64,000 nucleotides of DNA. It comes from the human T2T-CHM13v2.0 reference genome, Homo sapiens. A program made the translations under genes and the position numbers. The DNA is taken from NCBI RefSeq assembly GCF_009914755.1, contig NC_060936.1; one strand, 5' to 3'. Below are positions 31,914 to 48,998 of the stretch, piece by piece. A model generated the notes under the pieces. It was not told where the DNA came from. It saw only the letters and a list, made by a program, of their open reading frames with translations, and did not search any database. The stretch's first letter is position 1; every line of letters begins with the position of its first letter.

Positions 31914-32147
31914 GAGTTTTTGTTCTGTCGCCCAGGCTGAAGTGCAGTGATATGATCATAGCTCACTACAACCTTGAATTCCTGGGCTCAAGTGATCCTT
32001 CCACCTCAGCCTCCCAGGTAGCTAGGACTACAGGCATGTGCCACCATGCCTGGCTATTTTTTTTGTTTTGTGGACGTGGGGTCTAGCTGTGTTGCCGAGG
32101 CTGGTCTTGAACTCCTGCCCTCAAGGCGATCCTCCTACCTGGGCCTC
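31914..32147 (-). mobile_element. AluJ without A-tail; remainder at 34897-34938 beyond the MaLR
   Basis: Alu sequence resumes CCAGAGTGCTGGGATTACAGG after the LTR. Confidence 0.88.
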
Positions 32148-34891
<2,744 letters not shown>

Positions 34892-36040
34892 CCCTCCCAG
34901 AGTGCTGGGATTACAGGCGTGAGCCACTGCACCTGGCCGAGTTGTGACTTTAGTGTCTTGAACATATGGGATAGACTTAAAATAATACTTTAATATCCTT
35001 CACTACTATTTGTGTTGTTTTGTGGTCAATTGTAATTGATTACTTTTTTTGTTATAGGTCATATTTTCCTGGCTCTTAGCATGCCTTAGTGGTAAATTTT
35101 TTACTGGATGTCAGATATGTTGAATTCTCTTTTTGGGTGCTAGATATTTTTGTGTTCTGTAAAATACTATTGAGTTTTGTGTTAGAAGGCACTTAAGTTG
35201 CTTGGAGTCAGTTGGGTACTTTTGGGTCTTGCTTTTAAACTTTGCTAAATGGTATCAGCACTGCATTTAGTATAGAACTAATTTTGCCTCACTGATGAGG
35301 CAAGGGAGTGCTTTGTGAATTATGAGATTTCCCACTCTGACTGGTGCAAACAGTTATGTGAGCCTGCAGATAGTTTCTTCTAATAGTTTCCCTCTCGCCT
35401 TGAAGAGTTTACTGACAAACATGCACTGTTCCATACTCTGCTGAATACTCGAGGAAGACTGCAGATTTCTTGAGTTCCCTGTGTGTTCTTCTCTTTTCTC
35501 TGGTACTTTCTCCTGTGAACTCTAGCTGTATTGGCATCCCCTATTTCCCACATCTCTCTCCTCACTGGACACCTTCTGAGTTTTCTCTCCCTTTCCCATA
35601 GCTGGGAACACACAACATAAAGCTAGACAATTGTATTGCTCACTTCATTTGGTTCCTTTCTCTCAATAGTCACTATCCTTCATTGTTTGCTGGGGAGTAT
35701 CATGAAAACTATTGTTTCACAGATTGGTCAGTATTTTTAGTTTAGTTTATTATTATTATTATTTTTCTGGTGGGAGGTTAAATCCAGCCTGTCATTCCAT
35801 CTTGGCCAGAAGTGGAAGTTTTTATATAGGGTTTCTTTTTCCTTTCTGTTTTTGGTGGAATTAATACCTATCTCTTCTGTACATCTTTTTTCCCCTTCAA
35901 TCGTAGGCTGAATGTTTGTGTTCCAAATTTGTTCTCTTTGTTGTTATGAACTCTTAAGATGGTTTTTTCTCCCAAGATTTTACCATTTCCTTCTTGTTGG
36001 CCTGCATTAATTCTCTTTTCTGTTCTGTACCTTCTGACAG

Positions 36041-36080
36041 GCGACATTATCAGCAAGATATTCAAGAATTTTAACAGATG
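36041..36080 (+). other. Candidate 40-nt cassette (poison) exon of TBC1D15
   Basis: Long pyrimidine tract TTCTCTTTTCTGTTCTGTACCTTCTGACAG and donor ATG|GTATGT in apparently non-repetitive sequence. Confidence 0.5.
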
Positions 36081-36435
36081 GTATGTATTTAGAGAATGTG
36101 CCAGTAGATGTTTGGATAGCTGAAGGTCATCATCATATACATAGAGTGGTTTTATACCAGTTTGTAATTTGTATTAAAGTGTCTTTTTTCTTCCTTCTCA
36201 TTGATAGTCTGTATAATCTTCCAAAACAATTGCATTCCTCTCCCCCCCACCTTCTTTTGCAGATTCGCTTGGTGACAGGTGGTGCTACTTCCTCAAATCT
36301 TTGATCTGTTCTTCCCTTTCTTTTTCTCAAGGTATATTTTTTCATTGTTGAATTTGTATCATGTTTTCCATCAGACAAAATTCCTTCAGTACCCTTGAGA
36401 TTTGATTTAGATCCTATTTAAGACTTTACATTTTG

Positions 36436-36796
36436 TGTATTAGTCCGTTATCACACTGCTATAAAGAAATACCTGAGACTAGGTATTTTATAAAGGAAAG
36501 AGGTTTAATTGACTCACGGTTTCGCATGGCTGGGGAGGCCTCAGGAAACTTCATGGCAGAAGGCGAAGGGGAAGCAGAAGCAAAGCATGTCTTACATGGC
36601 GGCAGGAGAGAGAGAGTGCTCAGGGGAAACTGCCACTTTTAAACCATAAGACCTTGTGAGAACTCCCTCACTATCCTGAGAACAGCATGGGGGAAACTGT
36701 CCTTATGATCCAGTCACCTCCCACTGGGTTCCTCCCTCAACGTGGGGTTTACAATTTGAGATGAGATTTGGGTGGGGATACAGTCAAACCGTATCA
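36436..36796 (-). mobile_element. Solo MaLR LTR (THE1/MST-like)
   Basis: TGTATTAGTCC...CAAACCGTATCA, TSD TTTTG both sides. Confidence 0.88.
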
Positions 36797-36911
36797 TTTT
36801 GTGTTTATCACCAGTAATTTTTAGCATTTTTGTTGTAAAAATTCATATAGTGAAAATCATACTTACCATATAGCTGAATGAATCATAAGGCAAACTTGTA
36901 ATCACAGCTTA

Positions 36912-37237
<326 letters not shown>

Positions 37238-38556
37238 CTAACTTTTATCATAATCACTTTCTTGCATTTCTTTATTAGTAGTAGTATTAAAACATAGCTA
37301 TTGTGTCTTTTTTAAAAAATGGTTCTTCCATATCTTCTACTTAGTATTACTGGGTTTTTAAGAGTTTTGTTTTTCTTAATCAGTTGCACCTTTTGTCTTG
37401 TTATTGTATGTGGTTTTTTTTGGGGGGGGGTATCTTGTTCAAATTTCAATTTAAATTCATTTAATCAAATACATTATTTCTTGATTTTAAAAGATTGGAC
37501 CATACAGAAATTATGGTTCACCCTGCCCCCATACTGCCAAACCACCCAACTTGATTTTGACACTATGTATCCTTTGAGCAGTTTTCGTATTCATTGTTCT
37601 CTGCCAGATGAACTGGAAGATGAAATGAAAACGTCATTTATATCCCCATTAGAGATGTATTTTAGATAAGTTTTTGCCATATAATTTGTTCCCTTGTAAA
37701 ATATCTCAAATTAGTAAGTTGTTAGGCTTGGGGGTCTTATATAGACTTTTAGTAATATCTCAGATATGGTCTGGGAAACTGATTAGGCTATTCCGTTTTT
37801 ACATATTGATGCCTCTGTATCCCTAAGGTAACAGTCATGAGAATGTATTGCCTATACATTCTTTTGCTGTTTTAGATGCATGGTGCTGATTCTTTGTAGA
37901 ATTTGGCTTCTTATGGGAGGAGTCTCCAACATGTTGCATGTCTCTGGTAGTGTAGACTTTTGTTTAAGTCTTTTTCTTCTTTTAGCCTTCAATTTGCCAG
38001 ATTCCTGATTGTAATTTCCATTGACCTTTACCTTCTTGGGATATATATTTTTTTCTTTTTTTTCCTGACTTATTTTTTTTCTACTGTTCCTGTGAGCTCT
38101 TCATTTTCTCTCAAATCTTAGGTAGTAGAAAGGAAGAAAGGGACTGCTGATGCTCTTTCTTTGCTTCCTGTAGTACAGAGGACCTACTCATGTTCACAGC
38201 ACTGGTAGTTGGTGAATACTACAGATTGGGATGCAAACAGCACGTAGGATATTGGAACAATTTTGTCAGTGTCCATATATGCTGAGCCTTAAGTTGATAG
38301 CCTTTTTCATTATGTACTCTTTGGGCAAATAAAACTTGTAGAGTAGACCTTTGAGTCTCAGCCCCAGAGCAGTGGAAGAACCTTGAGCAAATCACTTGAT
38401 TTTCTTGCAGTTTTTTCAGTTACAAGATGGGAATGATAATATCTATCTAACTGAATTTTGAGGGTCAGATGTGATAACATAGAAATGTTTTCGTAAAGTA
38501 ATGCGTAATAAAAATATTACATAGCAGATAAAAGCATTTGAAGCTTTCTTTTAAAA

Positions 38557-38728
38557 TTTTTTAAATTTAATTTTTTTAAATTTATTATTTTTTTTCTTAA
38601 GAGATGGGGGTGGGGGGGCATCTTGCTTTACTGCCCAGGATGGTCTTGAACTCCTGGCCTCAAGTGATCCTCCTGCCTTGGCCTCCCAGTGTCCTGGGAT
38701 TACAGGTGTGAGACACTGCGGCTGCCCA
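38557..38728 (-). mobile_element. FLAM/Alu monomer
   Basis: Left-arm monomer. Confidence 0.8.
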
Positions 38729-39544
38729 GAACCTTTTAATTTTTGCGTTAGAGATCATGAATAAAACTAGAGTGAAGAAATTGAAAGCTTATTCTACTAA
38801 CAAATGTTATGTGAGATGAAATTATTCACATCATAATTGTTCCCTGTAACAAAATAATTTTTTTGTGACAAATATGCATAGAGATAACTTTTCAAATATC
38901 AATTATTACAATTGATAAACATAAGAAGCAGAATGTTCTATGGCAGGATGATACTACTCAGGAATCAATTCATGACAGAGTAATTAAGAAATATCTTCAT
39001 TATATATTATTGAAGTTTTAGTTGGACTTTAAAAAATCTAGATTTTGCTTTTATTTTTAATTGGCACATAATAATTGTACATATTTATGGGGTACAGTGT
39101 GATAATCTGATATATGTATATAATGTGTAATCAAATCTTAGTATATTTATCACTTAGAACATTTATTCTTTGTGTTAGAAGCATTCATGATCTGCTCTTC
39201 TATTTGAAAATATACAATAAATTGTTAATTATATCATGTGATAGTGCTGTAGAACGTTAGAATTTATTCTTCCTGTCTAGCTGTACTTTAGTATTCATTA
39301 ACCAACCTTTGTCTATTCCCCTTTCCACAACCCTTCTCTGCCTGTGGTAACTGCTGTTCTACTTTCTACTTCGTTGAAGCCAACTGTTTTAGCTTCCACG
39401 TAAGAGAACATGTGGTATTTATCTTTCTGTGGCTGGTGTATTTTACTTAACATATATCCTCAATGCTCATCCATGTTACTGCAAACGACAGGATTTTTTT
39501 CATTTTTATGGCTTAATAGTATACCATTGTGCATATATGCAACA

Positions 39545-39849
39545 TTTTCTTTCTTTCTTTTTTTTTTGAGACGGAGTTTCGCTCTTCTTGCCCAGGCTGG
39601 AGTGCAGTGGCGTGACCTCGGCTCACCGCAGCCTCCATCTCCTGGGTTCAAGCGATTCTCCTGCCTCAGCCTCCTGAGTAGCTGGAATTACTGGCATGTA
39701 CCACCACGCATGGCTTATTTTGTATTTTTAGTAGAGATGGGGTTTCTCCATGTTGATCAGGCTGGTCTGGAACTCCCGACCTCAAGTGATCTGCCCACCT
39801 CGGCCTCCCAAAGTGGTGGGATTACAGGTGTGAGCCACCATGCCCGGCC
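39545..39849 (-). mobile_element. AluSp-like
   Basis: Alu consensus. Confidence 0.92.
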
Positions 39850-40019
39850 ACCACATTTTCTTTATCCAGTCATCTGTTGATGGACTCTTAGATTGACTCC
39901 GTATCTTGGCTATTGTGAATAGTGCTGCAGTAAACTTGGGAGTGCTTCTTTGACATGCTGATTTTCTTTTTTTTTTTTTGAAATATAGTCAAAAGTGGGA
40001 TTACTGGATCATATGCTAA

Positions 40020-40334
40020 TTTTTTTTTCTTTTTCTTTTTTTTTTTTTTTTGAGATAGAGTCTCTTTGTTGCTCAGGCTGGAGTGCAGTAATGCAATCTT
40101 GCCTCACTGCAGCCTCCCAGTTTCTGGGTTCAGGCAGTTCTCCTACCTCAGCCTCCTGAATAGCTGGGACTACAAGCATGTGCCACCATGCCTGGCTAAT
40201 TATTTTTATATTTTTTTAGAGATAGGGTTTCACCATGTTGCCCAGGCTGGTCTTGAACTCCTGAGCTCAAGCCATCTGTCCGCCTTGGTCTCCCAAAGTG
40301 TTGGGATTACAGGCTTGAGCCATCATGCCTGGCC
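40020..40334 (-). mobile_element. AluJ
   Basis: Alu consensus. Confidence 0.9.
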
Positions 40335-41014
40335 ACTGTTTTTAGTTTTTTGAGGAACTTTCATACTGTTTTCAGTAGTGCTTGTACCAATTTACATTCC
40401 CACCAGCAGTGTATAAGAGTTATCTTTTCTCCATATCCTCACCAGCATTTTTTTTTTTTTTTGTAGTTTTGATGACAAAAAATTAGTCATCAGTTAATTA
40501 GCCTTTCTGGGATGAGATGGTATCTCATTGAGATTTTGATTTGTATTTTCTTGCTAATTAGTGATGTTGAACATTTTTTTCATATACCTGTTAGCCATTT
40601 GTATGTTTTTTTTGTCATCGTCATTTTTAAATGTAGATACAGAGTTTATTTGGGCCAAGATTGAGGATTGCAATCCAGTAGCATAGATTCAAGTTGCTCT
40701 GAATATAAACTTCCTGTATGTCTTCTTTTGAGAGATACCTATTTAGCTTATTTGCCCATTTTGAAATTGGAGTATTTTTTTTTCTGTTGAGGTTTTCAAC
40801 TTTCTTGTATCTTCTGGATATTAAACCCTTGTTGGATGTATAGTTTGCAGGTATTTTCTCCCATTCTATAGGTTGTATCTTCATTTTGTTGCTTGTTTCC
40901 TATGCTATGCAGAAGTTATTTTGATGTAATCTTGTTTGTCTGTTTTTGCTCTTGTTGCCAGTGCTTTTGCATTCTTCTCTGTAAAATCTTTGTCCTGACC
41001 AGTGCCCTGAATAA

Positions 41015-41388
<374 letters not shown>

Positions 41389-42882
41389 TTTCAATCCATT
41401 TTGAGTTGATTTTTGTATGTGGTGAGAGGTAGTGTTCTAGTTTCATTTTTTCTGCATATACATACCTAGTTTTCCCAGCGCCATTTGTAGAAGAGACTGT
41501 TTCTTCCTCAATGAATGTTCTTGGTGACTTTGTCAAAAATCAGTTGGCTCTAAATTTATTTCTGGGTTCCTTATTCTCTTTAATTGGTCTGTGTATGTTT
41601 TTATGTCAGCCCCATGCTGTTTTGGTTACTGTAGGTTTGTAGTACATTTTGAAGTCTGGTAGTGTGAGGCGTCCAGCTTTGTTCTTTTTGTTCAGGATTG
41701 CTTTGGCTTTTTGGGATCTTTTGTGGTTCCATATGAATTTTAGGATTGTTTTTCAATTTCTGGGAAGGTTGTCATTGGTATTTTGATAGAGATTGCATTG
41801 AATGTTTAGATTGCTTTTGGTATTGTGGTCATTTTCACAATATTAATTCTTCCAATCTATGAACATGGATGCCTTTATTTTATGTCCTCCTTAAGTTTTC
41901 ATCAGTGTTTGTAGTTATTCTTGTACAGATCTTTCACCTTGGTTAAATTTATTCCTACATTATTTCCTTTTTTGTTTGTAGCTATTATAAATGGAATTGC
42001 TTTCTTGATTTGTTTTTCTGCTAGTTCATTGTTGCTGTATAGAAATACTACTAATTTTTGTTCGTTGATTTTGTGTCCTGCAACTTTATGTAATTAATCA
42101 GTGTTAGGAGTTTTTTGGTAGAGCTTTTAGGGTTTTCTATGTGTAGGATTATATCTGCAAACAAGGATTCTTTACAATTTGGATGTCTTTTCTTTCTTTC
42201 TCTTGCCTAATTGCTCTGGCTAGGACTTCCAGTACGGTGTTGACTAAAAGTGGTGAAAGTGGCCATCCTTGTCTTGTACCAGATCTTAGAGAAAAACTTT
42301 GAACTTTTCCCTGTTAAGTATGATGTTGGCTGTAGAGTTCATTGTGTTCAAGTATGTTTCTTCTACTAACTTGCTGAGAGTTTTTATCATGAGGGATGTT
42401 TAATATTATAAAATGCTTTTTTTCCTGTCTATTGAGATGATCGTATGATTTTTATCCTTCATTCTAATGATGTGATATATCACATTTATTGATTTGCATA
42501 TGTTGAACCATCCATGCATCCTGGGATAAATTGTGTTTGATCATGGTCAGTGATCTTTTTAATGTGCTGCTGGATTCCACTTATTAGTATTTTGTTGAGA
42601 ATTTTTGCATCTGTATTCATCAGGGATATTGGCCTATGGTGTTCTTTTTTTGTTGTGTCTTTGTCTAGTTTTGGTATTAGGGTAATGCTGCCCTTATACA
42701 ATGAGTTTGGAAAAATTGTTTCCTCTTCAGTTTTCTGGAAGAGTTTGGGAAGAATTGACATTTGTTCTTCTCTAAATGTTTGGTAGAATTCCACAGTGAA
42801 GCCATTGGGTTTTGGGCTTTTCTTTAATGGGAGACTTTTCATTACTGATTCAAACTTACTGTACTGTAATTGTTTTTTTCAG

Positions 42883-42974
42883 GTTTTTGGTTTCTTCTTG
42901 ATTCAATCTTGATAAGTAGTATGTGTCCAGGACTTTATCCATACTCCAGTTTGTTGGAGTATGGTAGGAGTATG
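42883..42974 (+). CDS. TBC1D15: Alternative TBC1D15 cassette exon exonised from antisense L1; internal ATG 42921 gives alternative N-terminus MCPGLYPYSSLLEYGRSM
   Basis: Acceptor TGTTTTTTTCAG, donor ATG|GTAGGT; 54 nt from ATG to donor, in frame with exon 2; I recall this peptide as an annotated alternative N-terminus (unverified). Confidence 0.75.
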
Positions 42975-44574
42975 GTAGGTAGTCTCTCTAATGATCCTTT
43001 GTATTTCTGTGGTATGTTTTAATGTATAGTTTTTAAATTTCTGATTTTATTTGGGTCTTTTCACTTTTTTTCTTGGTTTGTATAAGTAATGGTTTGTCAA
43101 TTTTGGCTGCCTTTAACTAATAAGTCAACTTTGTTCTGTAAATTTTTTTTTTGTCTCAATTTTATTTCTGTTTTGATCTTTATTGTTTCTTTTCTTCTAT
43201 TCACTTGTATTTGGTTTGTTATTGTTTTTCTAGTTCCTTGACATGCATTGTTCAGTTGTTTATTTGAACTCTTCCTGTTTTTTTAATGTAGGTGTTTATT
43301 GCTATAAACTTCCTTCTTAATACTACTTTTGCTGTATCCCATGGGTTTTGGTATGTTGTGTTTCTATTTTTGTTTGTTTCAAGAAATTTAAAAAAATTAC
43401 TTAATTTCTTCTTTGGCCCATTGGTCATTCAGAAACGTTTAATTTTCATGTATTTGTACAAATTTGCAAGTTCTTGTTTCTGATTTCTAGTTTTATTTCA
43501 TTAGGGTCAGAAAAGATACTTCTTATAATCTCAGTTCTTTTAAACTTGTTTAGATTTGTTTGTTTAGTGGTCTAACATGTTCTGTCCTAGGGTATTGGCC
43601 ATGTGTTGATGAAAAGAGTGTATTATGCAGCTGTTGGATAAAATGTTTTGTAAATGTCTGTTAGATTCATTTGGTCTAAAGTGCAGCTTAAATCCATTTT
43701 TTTTTTCTTGTTGATTTTCTGCCTAAATGATCTGTCCAATGCTGAGGGTGGGGTGTTGAAGTCCCCAACTGTTACTGTATTGGAGTATAGCTATCCCTTT
43801 AGAGCTAGTATTTTGCTTTATGTATCTGGGTGCTTTGGTGTTGAGTGCATATATATTTACAGTTGTTATATCCTCTTGCTGAATTGATCCCTTTTTCATT
43901 ATATAATAACCTTCTTTGTCTCTTTCTACAGTTTTTGATTTTTAAGTCTGTTTTATCTGATACATGTAAAGCTACTGCTGCTCTCTTGGTTTCAGTCTGT
44001 AGGTGTCTTTACAGATGAAGTGAGTTTCTCGTTAGCAGCATATAGTTGGGTCATTTAAAAAATTCCATTTATCCAGTCTGTATCTTTTATGTGGGCAATT
44101 TAATTTGTTTACATTCAAGATTGTTATTGATAGGTGAGGATTTATTCCTCTCATTTCGTTAATTGTTTCTGGTTGTTTTGTATATCCTTTGTTCCTTTTT
44201 TGCTCTCATAGTTTATCATTGAAGTTTGGTGGTTTTCTGTAATGGTAAGATTCGATTCTGTTTGCTTTATTCTTTGTGTATCTGCTCTAGCAATGAGTTT
44301 TATACTTTTGTATGTTTTCATGATAGTAATTTTCATCTTTTTTTCCTTCCAGATATAGGACTCCTTTGAGCAGTTCTTATAAGGCCAGTCTAGTAGTGAT
44401 AAATTCCCTCAGTTTTCACATGTCTGGAAAAGACTTTTATTTCTCCCTGATTTGTGAAAGATAGCTTTGCTAGATATAGTATTCTTGGCTGGAAGTATTT
44501 TTCTTTCATCACATTGAATATATCATCTCATACTGTCCTGGCCTATAAGATTTCTAAGGAAAAATCTGCTTTTA

Positions 44575-44882
44575 GGCCGGGTGTGGTGGTTCACGCCTAC
44601 AATCTCAGCACTTTGGGAGGCTGAGGCGAGCGGATCACGAGGTCAGGAGATCGAGACCATCCTGGCTAACATGGTGAAACCCCGTTTCTACTAAAAATAC
44701 AAAAAATTAGCCAGGTGTGGTGGCGGGCACCTGTAGTCCCAGCTACTCAGGAGGCTGAGGCAGGAGAATGGCATGAACCTGGGGGACGGAGCTTGCAGTG
44801 AGCCAAGATTGTGCCACTGCACTCCAGCCTGGGCGACAGAGTGAGACTCTGTCTCAAAAAAAAGAAAAGAAAAGAAAAGAAA
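44575..44882 (+). mobile_element. AluY-like
   Basis: TSD AAAATCTGCTTTTA. Confidence 0.92.
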
Positions 44883-45283
44883 TCTGCTTTTAATCTAACA
44901 GGGACTTCCTTATATGTGACTTGACGTTTTTTTCCTGCTGTTTTTAGAATTCTCTTTTGACAGTTGGACTATAATGTACCTTAAGGAAGACCTTTTTAGG
45001 TTGAATCTATTTGGGGACTTGTGAGCTTTCTGGATCTGGATGTTTTTTATATCTCTCTTCAGACTTGGGAAGTTTTCAGTTACTGTATTAAATAGGTTTT
45101 CTATACCTTTTCTTGTCTCTCATCACTTTGGAAGTGCCAAAATAGGAATATATGCTTGCTTAATGGTGTCCCATAAGGCATATAGGCTTTTGTCACTCTT
45201 TTTTTTCCCCTCACTGAATAGGTAATGTTAGACTACTTATTTTTAAATTCAGAGATTCTTTTGCTGATCAGGTCTGCTGTTGA

Positions 45284-45845
<562 letters not shown>

Positions 45846-45965
45846 GCTTTTTGTTTTCGTTTCATGTGTGCCTCCATTGATGTCCTTGCATCTAGTGGAA
45901 CAATTCCCTTTCTAAACTCTGTAGAGTGGCTTTTATAGAGAATGACTTTCACCTGCAGTTGAGTG

Positions 45966-46282
45966 TTTTTTTTTTTTGTTTGTTTGTTTGTTTTGTTTTG
46001 TTTGAGATGGAGTCTCGCTCTGTTGCCCAGGCAGGAGTGCAGTGGCATGATCTTGGCTGACTGTAATCTCTGCCTCCTGGGTTCAAGCAGTTCTCTGCCT
46101 CAGCCTCCCGGGTAGCTGGGATTACAGGCGCCTGCCACCATGCCCGCCTAATTTTTGTATTTTTAGTAGCGATGGGGATTCACTGTCTTGGCCAGGGTGG
46201 TCTTGAACTCCTGACCTTGTGATCCACCTGCCTTGGCCTCCCAAACTGCTGGGATTACAGGCGTGAGCCACCGTGCCCGGCC
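45966..46282 (-). mobile_element. AluS
   Basis: Alu consensus, TSD ACCT(G/A)CAGTTG. Confidence 0.9.
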
Positions 46283-48093
46283 TACCTACAGTTGGGTTTT
46301 AATTTGTTGGTTGAGAAGGGTGTAGTGATTGTTTCCGAATAGGTGCAGTGGTATAGTATCCACGTAGCTTATTTAGCTGCTTTCAGTATCAGCAATAATT
46401 GTGGGCACCTCAGTGGCGTAGGTTGTAGAATTTTGTGGCAGCAGTGGTAATGTCCTTGCTGTCAAGGGCTTTTGGGGTTCTCCTAGTCTCATTTTCCTCA
46501 CAACAGGAGACTTAGCTGAGGGTGTCTAAGTCCTTTTTGGTGTCAGATTTGTTGTGGCCCATAAGCAGCTGCAGTGGCACTGTATTCTATGTGTAGGTGC
46601 TTGGAGCAGCTGTGGGTTTCCATGTCCAGGCTCAGCATCTTATAAACCTATTTTGTCATCTGGGTCTTGGGATGCAGGTTTGCCTGCTCTGGCTGTGTTG
46701 GATGTAGGTTGCCCACAGAGCCAGGATGTATGACACTGAGTCACTCTCTAGCAGCTTGGGCCCAGGGGGCTGGGTTGTAGCTGTGATTCTCTTAACTGGA
46801 GGGCAGGGCACAACACTGGCCTGACTCCTGGGAAGAAGGGGTACTTTGAAGGTTTGGGCCTGGGGAGCAGGGTGTGGCTACAGTTCAGGAATCTGAGCCA
46901 GTAGGGTTCAGTGGTAACGTGGATCTCAGGGGATGAGGTCCTGGGTAGTAGTGACTCAAGACCTTGGGATGGTGGGGCTTGGCAGTATCCAGACTCTGTG
47001 AGTCGAGGTGCAGTAGCAGCAAGTACCTCAGAATGGCAGAACACAGCTGTGGTTTGGGCCCCAGGAGAGGGGGTAGGGAATAGCACAGTGATGACTTTAT
47101 TCCCCAGGGAGAGGAGTATCTCAGCAGCTTAGACTCTGGAGTGCTAATCCAGCTCCAGGGAAGCAAGGTACTAGAGTTGTTTGGCCTGTAGTGTGGGCTA
47201 TCTAGCTCAGCATGGCTGTGTTTCTCTCGGATATGGGGTACTGTGTCAGCTCAGCCTGGGGATGTGTAGCTGCTCAGCTCAGGCAGGGCACCAGTTTCCC
47301 AGGGAGTGATATGCCCTTTCAGCTTTGGCCTGGTGGGGTGTGACTGTTCTGTGCAGCTCAGGCACATTTCCCTGGGACGGAAGGTGCCACTTCAGCTTGG
47401 GTACTGGGGTGTGTTACTGCTCTGGGTGGCCAAGGCACTGTTTCAACTTGGGAACTGGGGATATGGGACTGCTCTGAGTGGCCAAAGTCCTGTTTTCCCA
47501 GAAGGCAAGATGCCACTTCTAGCTCTGGCCTGAGGGGGTGAGGGCAAGTGTACGTGGACTGACTCTGTTTCCACTTGGCCCCACAGGGAAGGGTGTACCA
47601 ACTTTTCACAGCTGGCTTGGGGATGGGCCAGTGGGCTGGGGTGGTTCGGTGGTTGCTTAGTCTCAGTGATGAAGGGAATCTGTGGCTACTTGCCCCTAGA
47701 GCAATACACATTCTGCCACAGTTCCAGTTCCAAGATGGCATAGTGGAGTAGTCTTTTGGGCCACAAGGACAGATGCGGTATCTTCTCCTCTCTTGGGGGA
47801 GCACAGCTATTTAGACTCGAGGCAGCTCCCTCAGCTGGGGTTAGTGCCTGTGAGGACTGCAGGGACTGGTGAAGTCTGTAGGTGTCTAAGTTGTTGGTGG
47901 AGGCTGCTGGTATTCTCTTGTTTACATCCTTGCTTTAGGAAGAAGTTCCTCCTGGTTCCCAGATGATCTCAGCTCTGGGATGGAGTGATGGGATCCCAAT
48001 ATTTCCTTGTTTCTCTATGTGGCCATCCTGAGTTTCTGTGTGCTCACAAGGGTTTCTGTTATTCCTATGATGCACTCTAGTGCTCTCCCTCAG

Positions 48094-48228
48094 TTATTAT
48101 TTTTATTTTTAGAGACAGAGTCTTGCTTATGTTGCCCAGGCTAGTTATGAACTCCTAGGCTCAACCAGTCCTCCTGCCTCGACCTCTCAAAGTGCTGGGA
48201 TTACAGGCATGAGCCACTGTGCCTGGCC
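48094..48228 (-). mobile_element. FLAM
   Basis: Monomer, TSD CCTCAGTTATT. Confidence 0.82.
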
Positions 48229-48998
48229 TGTCTCCTCAGTTATTTTTGTTAAAATGTAGTTGTTTGTTCATTGTTTTGGTTGCTTGTTGCGGGTTGGGGA
48301 GAGATGAGCCCTAGGGCCTTCTAGACGACCATCTTGCTGACACCAGTCTCTGGACTTCTGTTTTTGTATTTTGGGCTATTTAAAATAGTTGGTATTTGAG
48401 AGTTGTGATTTTTGTATTTTAATAAACACATGTGCTTAGACATTAGGGTGATGAACAGATATGTCATATGAATAAAACATAAGATCACACCCTTAAAAAA
48501 TAGATTGAAGGACTACAATATTCAATGAATGATCTAAACCAAGATGATATGAAAAGGGTTAAGCTTCTTGTGTAGAATATTTAGGAGTTCAGATGAGAGT
48601 AAGGGTTTTTGTTTAAAGGCCAAATGCTCCTGCATTGGTTTATAAATGTAGACATTTAAAAATTGGTTTTTAGTTCTGAAGCAGCATTGTTTTCTGCATT
48701 TAAGCCATTTCAGGAACTGTTGTCCTCTAGGGAAGCCATGTGGAAATTTTCTGGTAGTTTCTTTAGGCAATAACAGTTATGATTTAATGGATGAATGTGT
48801 CAGGAAATCTGTGATTGGTGACTTTACTGAAGACCACATATTTATCCAAGGAAAGACTGGATTACAGATTTCCTGGCAGTTCTTTCCTCAATTTATTCTT
48901 TTCATAAAATAGAGATGTAGATAACAATACTGGTTTTGACTTATTCAGGGTGGCTGTGAGGATTTAAGTGAGATCAGGGTACTTTGGAAACAAGGTGC

